Shown here: in pieces, positions 29,001 through 38,945 of the stretch
How the letters are laid out: each line of letters starts with the position of its first letter
How positions within the stretch are numbered: position 1 is the stretch's first letter
Origin: a virus
Taxonomy: Duplodnaviria; Caudoviricetes
Virus record (IMG/VR): IMGVR_UViG_3300037455_000100
Coordinates: 39,305 to 103,304 of that record
Length of the DNA: 64,000 bases
Direction: 5' to 3' (one strand)
Position numbers and translations under genes: made by a program
The notes under the pieces: generated by a model
What the model saw: only the letters and a program-made list of their open reading frames with translations
Databases searched by the model: none
Told to the model about the DNA's origin: nothing

Positions 29001-30412
29001 TAGGATTGTTTACTACTGCTGTAAACATACTTGTGGGTATTACTAATATCTTACAAGGTTTAAGTCAGATTAATATTGAAATGTTTGCTGGAGAACATTT
29101 TACTATGGGTGATTTAATTAAGGCTAAATATTATTATTGGAAAAATATTTTACCTGTTATAGTAGATTCTCAAAAGATGATAAAAGATTCTAAATTATCA
29201 TTACTTTCCGAGGATTTTAATGTAATGCAAGAATTTGAACGAAATACAAAGGATATGGGTCAATATGAAAAAAATCCTTTGTATCGTAATAGTTTAAGCA
29301 GCACTTTATATTTACTTAATCATATAGGTGAACATTATATGCAGCACATTACTTTCTTAGCGATGATGTATCACGAGAAAGTGTATAATCAAGATGGTAT
29401 AGCTGTCAATATGTTAGACCTCTTTGAGGTAAAACCTTTGGATAGTTCTAATAAAAGTTTAGGTTCTTATTTATCTATAAAAAAATATAAACACAATGGT
29501 TATGACTCTCAAGTTTATAAAACTAAAGATGGTCAAACTATTGTGACTATGGAGCAATTAAAAGCTAGACAACAGGGTACTAAATATGACTTATATTCAC
29601 CTAAACTGTTACACGATAATGAAATTGCTGAATACGATTTTAAACATAAACTAAGTAGAAAATCTGCTAAACTTAACCAAGATATGCACGGTATCTATAA
29701 TGAAGATGATAGAAACCAGTTACAACAAAAAGCTTGGGGAGGTTTGTTTATGATGTATCGTAAACATATTATGCCAAACTTGATGAAACGTTGGAAGCAA
29801 AGTTATTATGATGCTGATTTAGATACATTTACTACAGGTTTTCAGCGTACATTATTATTTAATAAAATATTTTCAACTAAATTAGATGAAGTAACAGGCA
29901 ACAGGAAATGGGCATTAATATCTACATGGACACCACAAGAACGTAGAAACTTAATGCGTAATTTAGGACAAATGTTTAATTGGGTTACAAATAACTTATT
30001 TATTACATTGTTAGAAAATTGTGCAGACGATGATGATGATTTATGGATTAAATTGTTATTAATTTCAGCATATAGAAATAAAACAGAAAATTCTCCATTT
30101 GAGTTGCTTTCTTTATTATCCAAACACAACCTACTTAAAGAGTGGTTGCGTCTTGCAGACCAGCCTGTTGTTGGTACTAGTATTGTAGAAAAATATTCTA
30201 ACTTGTTTAGCTTATTAGACCCCAGTGTATATGTAGATGAAGTTAAAAGTGGTCCTTATAAAGGTAAGAAGAAAGCTGTAAAAGTATTATATGAATGTGT
30301 TCCAACAATGAAGCAATTCATATCATTTAAAGACCCAGATAAGAGTTTACAATACTATAGACGTGATGTTGGAGAAAGTTTTATAATATCTAAAATTATG
30401 AGAAATGATTAG
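26027..30412 (+). CDS. Large ejection/cargo-type virion protein
   Basis: Follows the RNAP; PEEFSH...AEEA zincin-like segment; helical, with hydrophobic C-terminal segments. Function inferred from context. Confidence 0.6.
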   Translation: MSNSCRITPHVKNSSGQEVESKLYNDLKGLMTFIGKGGRANVLPLYQKTLNPQFTKDMEDKGATFDENGEVSLYDFWNLTDISQDISRETILNYLNFSNDFIKNGSPVEYSKHDAFDKIEDFNSSPWSKQFTAKLKRSGKKFTISIEPLDTDYKLQSTYFGRLSKRLTQLLEGWGVGIDELTDLESRFTNGYTDFSNNLKLPNGLIGLIKLAKGKAGRKALPEEFSHLVVRSLKNTPLIVRALNQLKQNDIYKAVLGDSIDIYRHEYYDNPNNHEQSLEDYLAEEALGHILADKIENVWVETHLIDRIFNTFKNIFNKYDENKINQIVLECDKDLNILANNLLNGSYTNLDIKNLGTSKFNQFHIKYQKTKTAWDNFYETMVRTSAIYTKRAKELGIASNQEDKLEFEGNQTELLQKLDIAAHHDWIKPYEERRNGIVTQRTKEEFRLNTAVSLIGFALQNMKSIQQKVNELRQLVESGSYKGNWNKACALIKSVGDYIAAYEQILHDFDDVLQEASNDPVLATFPEIDRIKSELSSQAKELEELMKELKNDTFPSENNIKDRTKKSYKHPLALQVLIQAFQQLVPEQMMLHIGTNFEGEILTLEEMLLFSDEDISVASAWLNSMANTSDPILRMYDAVVKKQKDIARQECIDIQRTIKAAGKKLEKFGFSLRDHSWAYARYENDVIDDAGNVIHNAGDVVVDNQGNPKYITPYDEEAAIADFKRYKNELKNDNTLSDEEKLNKLKEFKEERWVERKGEIFPKEEYYPSKEWQALTNEQREFMTTFFDCKRRLDKWIPLYTGDSTKAIIVRKSGLQRLFSAFKLNKTEFDAGIMENIKDALGDLTKRKDTDEEFGETSILMNLQGKEVKKIPIYHTSKSINTKISSLSHNLVANMCIYAQTATNYKAMAQIINILELGKDALSFRQTVKRDGIKALFNPVKHNKNSFKTYLYLDGDKTNWSKRLDNYLDMQVYGRLKVGEISKTADLFGRAVGLFTTAVNILVGITNILQGLSQINIEMFAGEHFTMGDLIKAKYYYWKNILPVIVDSQKMIKDSKLSLLSEDFNVMQEFERNTKDMGQYEKNPLYRNSLSSTLYLLNHIGEHYMQHITFLAMMYHEKVYNQDGIAVNMLDLFEVKPLDSSNKSLGSYLSIKKYKHNGYDSQVYKTKDGQTIVTMEQLKARQQGTKYDLYSPKLLHDNEIAEYDFKHKLSRKSAKLNQDMHGIYNEDDRNQLQQKAWGGLFMMYRKHIMPNLMKRWKQSYYDADLDTFTTGFQRTLLFNKIFSTKLDEVTGNRKWALISTWTPQERRNLMRNLGQMFNWVTNNLFITLLENCADDDDDLWIKLLLISAYRNKTENSPFELLSLLSKHNLLKEWLRLADQPVVGTSIVEKYSNLFSLLDPSVYVDEVKSGPYKGKKKAVKVLYECVPTMKQFISFKDPDKSLQYYRRDVGESFIISKIMRND

Positions 30413-30431
30413 TTTTTAAATTGTTATTATG

Positions 30432-30468
30432 AATAAGGGGAGTAGAAATACTCCCCTTATTTTTTTTA
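30432..30468. terminator. Terminator between convergent giant genes, possibly bidirectional
   Basis: AATAAGGGGAGTA-GAAA-TACTCCCCTTATT followed by a T-run. Confidence 0.85.
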
Positions 30469-30482
30469 TTTAGTTCGTACTA

Positions 30483-33400
30483 TTAACAATTTAATACATT
30501 CTCACGTTCTTCATCTGTCAGTTTATTATACTCTTCTTCATTAAAACCTTTCTCATCTAACTTCTGTTTATATTCAGAATTTAGTTGACCATAAGGCAAT
30601 CTTGCTACAGATTTAATTGTATTGTCAACTCTATTATGAGATACAACCCAATATTCATCTGAGTTCTCAGTTTCAGGAATATGCTGCACTATAATTTCAT
30701 TTTTATCAATACCGTCAGCAATTAAATTGTTAACATATTCCTGCATATTAGATTTAACAAAAAACTCTTCAGAAATCATTGATGTAACATTATCAGGTTC
30801 AACTTTTTCTTGAATAGGTGTAGTAGGCTTAACTTCTACAGGAGTTCTATCTTTAGCTCTACGTTTTCTACGAGGAAATTTGTCAGTTAAGTCTGTTTCA
30901 TCTTCATCTAATTTAGGCTCAACTTTTGGTTGATTTGTAGTAGTTGAAGTGGGATTATTTGAGCTTACAACTGGAGCAGCCTTTGGAGTTTCTTTAGGTT
31001 CTTCTTTAATTTGCGTAGTTTCAGTAGTTTTAGTAGGAGTAGTAGATTCTCCTAAAGAAGCACTAAATCCTACATTCTCCATACCAAATCTAGCATTTAT
31101 AGCATTAGGACACCATAACATTCCATCATCAATAAGATTATCAAGTATGGAATTATTATCCTTTATAGCTTCCATGTTTATACGTACTGTAGCATTTACA
31201 TCTTCATTAGTAACTAACTGTTCTAAATAGATTTTACACAATTCGTCAATACTATAACCTTTACCATTATTATCGTCTATAACGTTTAAAGCGTTATTAG
31301 GTTCAACTATAAACCATTTGTCTCCTCTTTTAATAGCACTAGTTAGAGTAGTATTACCTTTGTTGTTTCTATAACCTAAATCAAGTCTACTGTGATTTCT
31401 ATCGTATAAAACATATTCACTAGTTCCTCTTGTAAAACCTAGATAATCACTAAATGCTGTAAGATTTTTAATATCACTTATATGATTTTTAATCTTTTCA
31501 ACTAAAGCTTTGCCTATAGAACCATTTTTAATAGATTCTCTATATTTATCAACAGCGTTGGGTAGGTTTCTCTTTAAAGAATATACTGAGAACATAGATT
31601 TATAACCACTGACTGTAGGCACTACTAACATAACTTCTTCAGTAGCTTGACCAGTTCCATATTTAGTTTTTAATACATCTATATTCTCTATAGGCCTAGT
31701 CTTAATCGTTTTAACAGTACCATTAGATTGAGTTCTTGACTGTATTAAAACTACAGGCATGTGTACATTCTTACCAGTTTTTCTACTAAAGAATTTTATT
31801 CCCCATTTACCATTCTTTTTAGTAAATCCTTTATTAAGATTGTTGGTTTCGATATTAGAGTCTGAATTATGTTGAACCTCTTTATCATTAAAAGGTATTA
31901 TACCTTCTGTTATAGATGTAACAGCATAAGCCTCTTTATCATATAAGAGACTATCAGGTTTGCCCGCTTCATTATAAGCAGCTCTAATTCTGTCAATGAG
32001 TTCTTTACGTTTACCTTGAGCGTTAGTTTGGTCAAGAACACTTAATACTTGCTTGCCTTTAAACTTACTATTTTTATCAATTTGTTTATCTTTAGGCTCA
32101 GTAACTTCCCAAATAACCACTTGAGTAGGACCGTCAGGCATTTGTTCTTGAGATACTACAAATTCAATTTTATCTCCTACTTGTAAAGCACCGCTATCTC
32201 TATATTCAAAAGCACCTTCAGCTTCTAATTGGTTATCAATATTAGCACGGTCTGTATTACCTAATCTAGTAAACTCTTTACCTTCTTCTTTAGCTTTATA
32301 ATCTTTACCTTGAGGCATAAATTCTGCCGATATTTCATTCCTAGCAGGAGTAATATTCTCATTTAATCTTTGCTGTTGAGCCTCGGTACGATTAGTTTTG
32401 ACAATAGGCTTATTAGATTCTACTTTAAGAACTTCTTGATTGGTAGTATTACTAACAAATTTAGGTCTATCGTAGTTAGCTAATTCTTCAAGACTCTTAG
32501 TATAATCTTTAGGATTAGCTTCTCTACGTTTATTAAACTCCTCAATAGATATTATTTCAAGAGGACCAGTAGTACCAGTATGAACTTGACCATTTCTATC
32601 AGTGTAAGAAGTTTCTGCCCTGTCACCATCTTGTACTTCTTCATCACGTATAGCAAATGTATACGGTTTACCATCTTCAGAATATTTGCCAACAGCTATT
32701 TTAGTAACGCTTCTAACATCATTATCAGGATAAACATCTAATGACTTGTCAACTGGAACTATATCTTCATACTCTATAGTAAGTCCCTCAACAGATTCTT
32801 CACTCAACTGCTCAATTTCTTTTTCAGGCTCAGTTAAAGTTTGATTTTGACTTTGGTTAGAAGATTCTTCTTTTTTAACTAATACACTTAAAGCACCTAC
32901 TTCAAACGCTGGTCTAAACTCATAACCGAAAGGAACCCTTTTCCATAATTCTTGACGTAATTCAACAGCATTATTCCAAGCTTCTGAATCTAATACTGGA
33001 AATCCATTTAAATCAAATTCTACAACAACAGAATTTTCTAAGTCGTTTAACTCTTTAAGTTTCTCATTAAATTCATCGACAGTATAGGGAACTAAAGCTT
33101 TATCATTTACTGGAGCAGCAGTATCAATATCTTTATCATCTAAATCTGTAGTATTTGGAACTGGTTCGCCAGATTGTTCAGTTATAGGATTTTCATCAAC
33201 AGTATTATTAATAAAACTACTATCAGATGCTTCTCTTAATATATCTGTAAGAATGCCTGCAACATCATCTACCATGTCTGGAGATACATGATAATTATAT
33301 CTAGATATATCAAGTAATTCATCAGCACTATTAATATTGCTAGAAAGTTCTTCCAATTGGTTTATCAAAGATTCTTTAGTATCATTAGGTAAAGAAGATT

Positions 33401-36400
33401 GTTCAATACCATTGACTATAGCGTTGGCAGTCTTTTCAATTCTATGAATCTCTTCAATTTTTTGTTTTACCCGTGGGTCTGGATTATTTTCTAAAATTTT
33501 TCCAATATCGAATTGAGCACGTTCTCTTCGGGTGTTATTAACAGCATCTTCTTCTGCTAAAATTCGCCATAATTCTGATACAGTTCTAGCTTTAGAAACT
33601 CTCTCATTAAATCTTCTAATGTTAGCTTCTCTACCAAACCCTTTCTTAACCTTAGAAGTCTTATCTTTGACACGTTTAGATTGCCAATCAGGGGTTTCTA
33701 AAGACTTTTTATACTCATTTTGAATAATCTCTTTATTACGAATTTCTTGAGCAATTTGGTCTATAACTTTAGTACCATCTTCATTGATACTATTAATAGC
33801 ATTAACAGTCTGCTCAATAATTTGTTGTTGCTCACTATTGAACTGTCCTCTACGAGAAGGACTAAAAGCAAATGCTCTCTTAATCGGGTCTAATTTTAAT
33901 AAATCTTGACCGCTTAAATGCCAGTCTTTATGAGCAACTTTACCACTATTAACCTTATCAAAATCACTAGTAGATTTACCTAAATCTATATTAGCAATCT
34001 TACTAGAAATATCGTTTATAAGATTATTCTTTTCAATAATGCGTTCATTAAGATTTTCTTGTGCAAATTTATTAAATAGTTTAGCACTAACTTGTTGCCA
34101 GTTTAAAGTACCTTCACCGTATTTGGAATTAATAGATTGGATTTCTTGAGATACTTTATTATACATATCAAGTACAATATTAGCACTTCTTTCCACTAAG
34201 TCTAATATTTCTCTATCAGTTAAATTTCTCACAGCACTATTTCCAGCAGCCTCTGAGAGTACGGCGTCTATAGCTTGTTGTTGTTGTTCTCTACTAGCAG
34301 ATTTAATAGATGCCATATTAGACAGCCATTGGAGTCTATTCTGAGCAAACGAAGAAGTGCTATTATTAGCTAACATAATAGCCTCTGATAATGTTCTAGA
34401 GAATACATCATTATTATAAGCTACCTCATCACCATCAATAAGGTCAGCAATCATTTTATCAGAATAATTTTGAACTCCAATAAATCCTCTAGTATTAGAT
34501 TGATTATTGGCATCAAGACCCCATCTATTAATATAATCAACAGCTGCCTGAGCTTCTTTATTATGTACACCTATATTGTATAACTGGTGTCCTAAAGTAG
34601 TTTTGATAGGTGCTAAATAATGACCAACTTCTAATGCTCTAGAAATCCAAGATTGATTAGTACCTCTCTTAGATAAACCACCTCTCCAGCCACCAAGCAC
34701 TGGCATTAAAGGTGTTGTAAGTAATGTTTGTAAAATAGTTTCCTTTATGGCAGCGTCTCTAGAAAATTCTTCACCGTTAAGATTCCACAATCCTTCATAA
34801 GTAGTAGCAGCCCACGACATCAAACCATTACCATATAATTGGTTCTCAAGAAAGCTATCCACATTATGTTCAGCTATCTGTTTAGTTATAGCAGAACCAC
34901 TTTGCTGACCAACTTCTGTAATAGTTTCCATTATAGGATTCTGTGTTACAGACCATAATTTCTTTCCTACTTGTTTATTAAGTTTAAGATTACCTATTTT
35001 AACACCATTAATACGATTCTTTAAGTCAGTAAAACTTAAAGATTTTCTACCCATAGCATAATCTAAAGTCCACTTATCAAGACCTCCAAATAATTTATCA
35101 AAACCAAATAATAATGTTGTTTGAGTAGCCAAATCTATGTTAGCTTTTAATTTAGCATTAAGTGCTACATTATCATCATAATTAGGATGTTCTATATTAA
35201 ATTTATGTAAACCTTCTGCTCTTAAATAAATACGATTTTTATATTCATTTATATCTTCTGGTGCAATATTTGTTATGCCGTTTTGATAATCTCTCCAAGC
35301 TGGAGTCATTGGGTCATGCTCTAAACTTTGATTAAATTCATCTTCAGTAAATGAAAATTCATAATCATACTGTCCTGTCTGAGTCTCTTGATTATATACC
35401 ATTTGAGGCATATTTTCTGGAGTATATTTATCAACTAATTCCCATTTCTTACTCTCTCCTTGTTCATAAATTTGTCTTTCACCTTCAAGAGCTTGTTGAG
35501 CAGCTTCACCATAATTAGCTTTGAAAAGATTGAGATTTTCAATAGATTTATTCAATTGAAGTTCCCTTTTAGCAATATTACCCTCATTAACAAACTTTTG
35601 TAATTGAACTCTTTTAGTAGCAGTGGCACTTTTACGTAATAATTTTCTAGCAGCACCAGCTTCTAAACCGCCTGCCCAGAACATTAATAAATTACCTACT
35701 TGCGCTCCAGCAGTACCCGAAGCTTTTAGTAGATAACTATCAAAATCATGACCATATATAATATTATTATTATTAATTTCAGCAGCCCAATCTGATACAT
35801 TTTGATTATTGGCAATAGGTATCCAGTCGTTATGTAAAGTATTATCTAATGCTCTATCAAGAAATCCCATACCACTTTCAGATTGTAAATGGGTTGGAAA
35901 AAACGCTTCACCAATACCTACAGCTAAAGAAGGTAAGAAAGTAACACCTTCAGTTAAACTTTCTACGCCCATAGCCATAAACTGATTAGCAGCGGCTTGT
36001 ACTGAACCGTAATGTCCAAGACCATCAGTTCCAAAAGCTTTTTGGTGTACATCAATTACATCGTCTTCAATAATCTTATCCATCTGATATATAGCTTCAG
36101 CTATATGACCAGACTCCCATAAGTCTTTAGTACGTTCATATATTTTATTATAAGGAATATCATTAACAGGCATCCAAGCACTACCTTTAAATTCATCATA
36201 TAATCCACTATATGTTTGTACTATTTTCTTCATATCGTTAGAAGAAATGCCATTAGCAAATGGATTATCTTCTTTAGGTATAGTATAGTTTTGACGTTCA
36301 AAAATACTATTAGCTTCCTCAGCATACTGTGCCGCATTATCATTAATACTTTGCAGACTAAACCTTAATTTACCTTCAGCATTAATCCTCCAAAAAGGTT

Positions 36401-37688
36401 CAAGTCCTCCTTTAAACATATCTTTATAAGATTGAGCATAGATTGCCTTACGTGCATTAGCGTTATCATACTCTCTCTTTTCTTGAGGAGTCATGTGAGC
36501 AATTTTATCTTGCTCTTTTGCATATTCTCTAGCAGCTTTCTTACGATTAATTAAAGGATTATTATAAGTACCAGTACCAGTATAAATATTTACAGGATTA
36601 GTTTTATACCACTCTTCTTCATATTTTTTTAAACGTTTCTCTTTATCGGCATACTCTTTACTTTTTCTATCAATGTCCTCTGCAAATCTATCCCAATCTT
36701 CTTTTGTAGTTAATTCCATATTTCGTATAAAGATGGGATTGTAGGCAGTACTTTCAGGAATTTCTTGATGTTTTGGTGTAAAATCTATTGTATCTAAATT
36801 AACTATAGTATCAAACGATTGCATACCAGCAGGATTCATAATACTTCCTGTATTAGCATTTAAATTAGTAGGAGTATCAGAATTAGATACATTTAATTGT
36901 TGAGCAGCATATTTACCTTTACCAGCTTCAAATACTCTTTCAAAAGAATTTAAGAAATAGTCTTTTATTTCCTCATCAGAAGTAAAAGAAGTTCTTCCTA
37001 ATAATTCAGGATATTCTTTAGCCGCTTGCATAAATGTTCCAGCACCAGTATTTTTTACATCCCAATCGTCATAGAATTTTTTACGTTCTTGTGGTGTCCA
37101 ATTATCCGAAAAACCTTCTCCAAATATATAATTTAATTGACCATTTATTTGAGCATCTTGCAATCCTTCAGGATTATTCTCATAAGAATAATCTAATTTC
37201 TCTTTTAATTTTTTTGTTTTACCTTGTTTTATTGCTCCTCCAATAATAGCAAGAATATTTGCGGCTTTAGTATTATATTGAGGTATTTCTTTTTTATTAG
37301 AGCCTTCTACTTTCTTTTTTTCTTTAAATTCCTCTAAACTCTTTTTAAATTCTTCAGTTTGAGTTCTGCCATACCAACGAGCTAAGTATGAATCAGCCTC
37401 ATTATCTGACATACTTGCTAAATCAGAATAATTAGGTAAATGTCCAAAAGTCTTTTTGAACATTGCATTTCTATATGTTCTTTCTAACTTAACATCATTA
37501 AATTCACCTCTTTTGTTTATGCTATTATCAGAAGTATATTGAGAATATTTATTAATACCTTCATCATTCCACCATTTTTCACGAGCAGATTTATCTGTTA
37601 TTTTATATGTATTATTAGTTTGGGTTCCTTTAGCTGGTTTTATAGGAATTTGCTCAATAGATGTTATATTTAATTGATTATCTTCCAT
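30483..37688 (-). CDS. Giant (2401 aa) ejection/cargo-type virion protein
   Basis: Size, Gly/Ala-rich hydrophobic central region, low-complexity linkers, position next to the RNAP cluster. Confidence 0.6.
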   Translation of the reverse strand: MEDNQLNITSIEQIPIKPAKGTQTNNTYKITDKSAREKWWNDEGINKYSQYTSDNSINKRGEFNDVKLERTYRNAMFKKTFGHLPNYSDLASMSDNEADSYLARWYGRTQTEEFKKSLEEFKEKKKVEGSNKKEIPQYNTKAANILAIIGGAIKQGKTKKLKEKLDYSYENNPEGLQDAQINGQLNYIFGEGFSDNWTPQERKKFYDDWDVKNTGAGTFMQAAKEYPELLGRTSFTSDEEIKDYFLNSFERVFEAGKGKYAAQQLNVSNSDTPTNLNANTGSIMNPAGMQSFDTIVNLDTIDFTPKHQEIPESTAYNPIFIRNMELTTKEDWDRFAEDIDRKSKEYADKEKRLKKYEEEWYKTNPVNIYTGTGTYNNPLINRKKAAREYAKEQDKIAHMTPQEKREYDNANARKAIYAQSYKDMFKGGLEPFWRINAEGKLRFSLQSINDNAAQYAEEANSIFERQNYTIPKEDNPFANGISSNDMKKIVQTYSGLYDEFKGSAWMPVNDIPYNKIYERTKDLWESGHIAEAIYQMDKIIEDDVIDVHQKAFGTDGLGHYGSVQAAANQFMAMGVESLTEGVTFLPSLAVGIGEAFFPTHLQSESGMGFLDRALDNTLHNDWIPIANNQNVSDWAAEINNNNIIYGHDFDSYLLKASGTAGAQVGNLLMFWAGGLEAGAARKLLRKSATATKRVQLQKFVNEGNIAKRELQLNKSIENLNLFKANYGEAAQQALEGERQIYEQGESKKWELVDKYTPENMPQMVYNQETQTGQYDYEFSFTEDEFNQSLEHDPMTPAWRDYQNGITNIAPEDINEYKNRIYLRAEGLHKFNIEHPNYDDNVALNAKLKANIDLATQTTLLFGFDKLFGGLDKWTLDYAMGRKSLSFTDLKNRINGVKIGNLKLNKQVGKKLWSVTQNPIMETITEVGQQSGSAITKQIAEHNVDSFLENQLYGNGLMSWAATTYEGLWNLNGEEFSRDAAIKETILQTLLTTPLMPVLGGWRGGLSKRGTNQSWISRALEVGHYLAPIKTTLGHQLYNIGVHNKEAQAAVDYINRWGLDANNQSNTRGFIGVQNYSDKMIADLIDGDEVAYNNDVFSRTLSEAIMLANNSTSSFAQNRLQWLSNMASIKSASREQQQQAIDAVLSEAAGNSAVRNLTDREILDLVERSANIVLDMYNKVSQEIQSINSKYGEGTLNWQQVSAKLFNKFAQENLNERIIEKNNLINDISSKIANIDLGKSTSDFDKVNSGKVAHKDWHLSGQDLLKLDPIKRAFAFSPSRRGQFNSEQQQIIEQTVNAINSINEDGTKVIDQIAQEIRNKEIIQNEYKKSLETPDWQSKRVKDKTSKVKKGFGREANIRRFNERVSKARTVSELWRILAEEDAVNNTRRERAQFDIGKILENNPDPRVKQKIEEIHRIEKTANAIVNGIEQSSLPNDTKESLINQLEELSSNINSADELLDISRYNYHVSPDMVDDVAGILTDILREASDSSFINNTVDENPITEQSGEPVPNTTDLDDKDIDTAAPVNDKALVPYTVDEFNEKLKELNDLENSVVVEFDLNGFPVLDSEAWNNAVELRQELWKRVPFGYEFRPAFEVGALSVLVKKEESSNQSQNQTLTEPEKEIEQLSEESVEGLTIEYEDIVPVDKSLDVYPDNDVRSVTKIAVGKYSEDGKPYTFAIRDEEVQDGDRAETSYTDRNGQVHTGTTGPLEIISIEEFNKRREANPKDYTKSLEELANYDRPKFVSNTTNQEVLKVESNKPIVKTNRTEAQQQRLNENITPARNEISAEFMPQGKDYKAKEEGKEFTRLGNTDRANIDNQLEAEGAFEYRDSGALQVGDKIEFVVSQEQMPDGPTQVVIWEVTEPKDKQIDKNSKFKGKQVLSVLDQTNAQGKRKELIDRIRAAYNEAGKPDSLLYDKEAYAVTSITEGIIPFNDKEVQHNSDSNIETNNLNKGFTKKNGKWGIKFFSRKTGKNVHMPVVLIQSRTQSNGTVKTIKTRPIENIDVLKTKYGTGQATEEVMLVVPTVSGYKSMFSVYSLKRNLPNAVDKYRESIKNGSIGKALVEKIKNHISDIKNLTAFSDYLGFTRGTSEYVLYDRNHSRLDLGYRNNKGNTTLTSAIKRGDKWFIVEPNNALNVIDDNNGKGYSIDELCKIYLEQLVTNEDVNATVRINMEAIKDNNSILDNLIDDGMLWCPNAINARFGMENVGFSASLGESTTPTKTTETTQIKEEPKETPKAAPVVSSNNPTSTTTNQPKVEPKLDEDETDLTDKFPRRKRRAKDRTPVEVKPTTPIQEKVEPDNVTSMISEEFFVKSNMQEYVNNLIADGIDKNEIIVQHIPETENSDEYWVVSHNRVDNTIKSVARLPYGQLNSEYKQKLDEKGFNEEEYNKLTDEERENVLNC

Positions 37689-37722
37689 ATAATATTATTT
37701 TTAGATTAGATACTAATAATTA

Positions 37723-38595
37723 TTATCTTGATGTATTATCACCATATCCACCTTGGTCTCCAATACTTCGGCCTCCTTGAGGATTTTCTTCACCTTTTTT
37801 ACTATTCTTACCTTGAGGTATTCTACTACCACTTACCTTATTAGGTTTTACGTGAGTAATAGCTCCTTGTAAACCATAAAGTAATATTTTCTCTTGTTGT
37901 TCAGGAGTTCTCATATTATAATTAGTCTGTTGTTTAAATAAATCAACAGCACGTTGTAATTCTGGTGTAACTCTGCCATTACCTTCACCTGTAAAAGCAG
38001 TATAAATATCTTCTTGAGTATAACTTTGAGGAATTTCTATATAATTATAAACTCCATCAGTAGTTCTGACAGGAGTGTTATCAAATTGACTCAATCCTTT
38101 AAATAAATCCTTGGCAGTATTATATACAGATTTACCAGTAATATAAGACTCTTTATCAAGAGCTGCATTATATTCTGGATGTTGTAATATATAATTAAAA
38201 TCTACATCATTACCTATAATATCATTTTTATAATCCTTTTGACGTTGTGTCATAATAGTATTATAAGTACTTACTGCTGTCTTAAAAGGTTTGGATACTT
38301 TATTATAATCTCTGTGTAATTTTGCTAAAGCATTACGATTAGTGCTACTTAAACCATTAGTATAAAAATCATCACTTGCTTTATTAAAATCATTAACAAA
38401 GTTTAAATATTGTTTGGAAGCTTCTGAATCAGGATACATTCTAGCATACTGTTCATAGTCTGCCATAGTAGCTGATAATTGTTGAAACTTCTTTTCCTTG
38501 TCTTCATAAGCATTATTATACAACAACGGAATCTTTAACATTTCATCCATTGACATAGGATTATAAGTAGTATTTACACTTAAAAATCTAGCCAT
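37723..38595 (-). CDS. Putative virion cargo protein
   Basis: 290 aa helical ORF with its own promoter at 38626-38638. Confidence 0.55.
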   Translation of the reverse strand: MARFLSVNTTYNPMSMDEMLKIPLLYNNAYEDKEKKFQQLSATMADYEQYARMYPDSEASKQYLNFVNDFNKASDDFYTNGLSSTNRNALAKLHRDYNKVSKPFKTAVSTYNTIMTQRQKDYKNDIIGNDVDFNYILQHPEYNAALDKESYITGKSVYNTAKDLFKGLSQFDNTPVRTTDGVYNYIEIPQSYTQEDIYTAFTGEGNGRVTPELQRAVDLFKQQTNYNMRTPEQQEKILLYGLQGAITHVKPNKVSGSRIPQGKNSKKGEENPQGGRSIGDQGGYGDNTSR

Positions 38596-38625
38596 AATCT
38601 TTAAAATTTATCACTTAAAATTATT

Positions 38626-38638
38626 TGCAAAATTACTA
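38626..38638 (-). promoter_or_regulatory. Promoter
   Basis: TAGTAATTTTGCA on the minus strand. Confidence 0.7.
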
Positions 38639-38717
38639 AATATTATTCAATTAGCACATATATTATAAAAAATAAATACTCTAATAAATTAATATTAGAG
38701 TATTACACAAACTTTTA

Positions 38718-38870
38718 TCATTCAAATTCACAACTATAAATATTATAACTTACTTTATCAGTTTCATTATCTTTACAATATTTCTCTGCATCATTTTTAT
38801 TTTTAAACACCTTAACTGGGTATTCTTCTATAAAATCAGATGTAGTTACTACATGTACTATATTACCCAT
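38718..38870 (-). CDS. Small hypothetical protein (50 aa, MGNIVHVVTT...VKVFKNKNDAEKY)
   Basis: Not in the track; ATG to TGA, followed by inverted repeat 38676-38704. Confidence 0.55.
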   Translation of the reverse strand: MGNIVHVVTTSDFIEEYPVKVFKNKNDAEKYCKDNETDKVSYNIYSCEFE

Positions 38871-38945
38871 AATCAAAACTAAGTAAATATTAAATATATT
38901 ATAAGATATATTATACTCAACACTGTTATAATAATATCTATTTTA

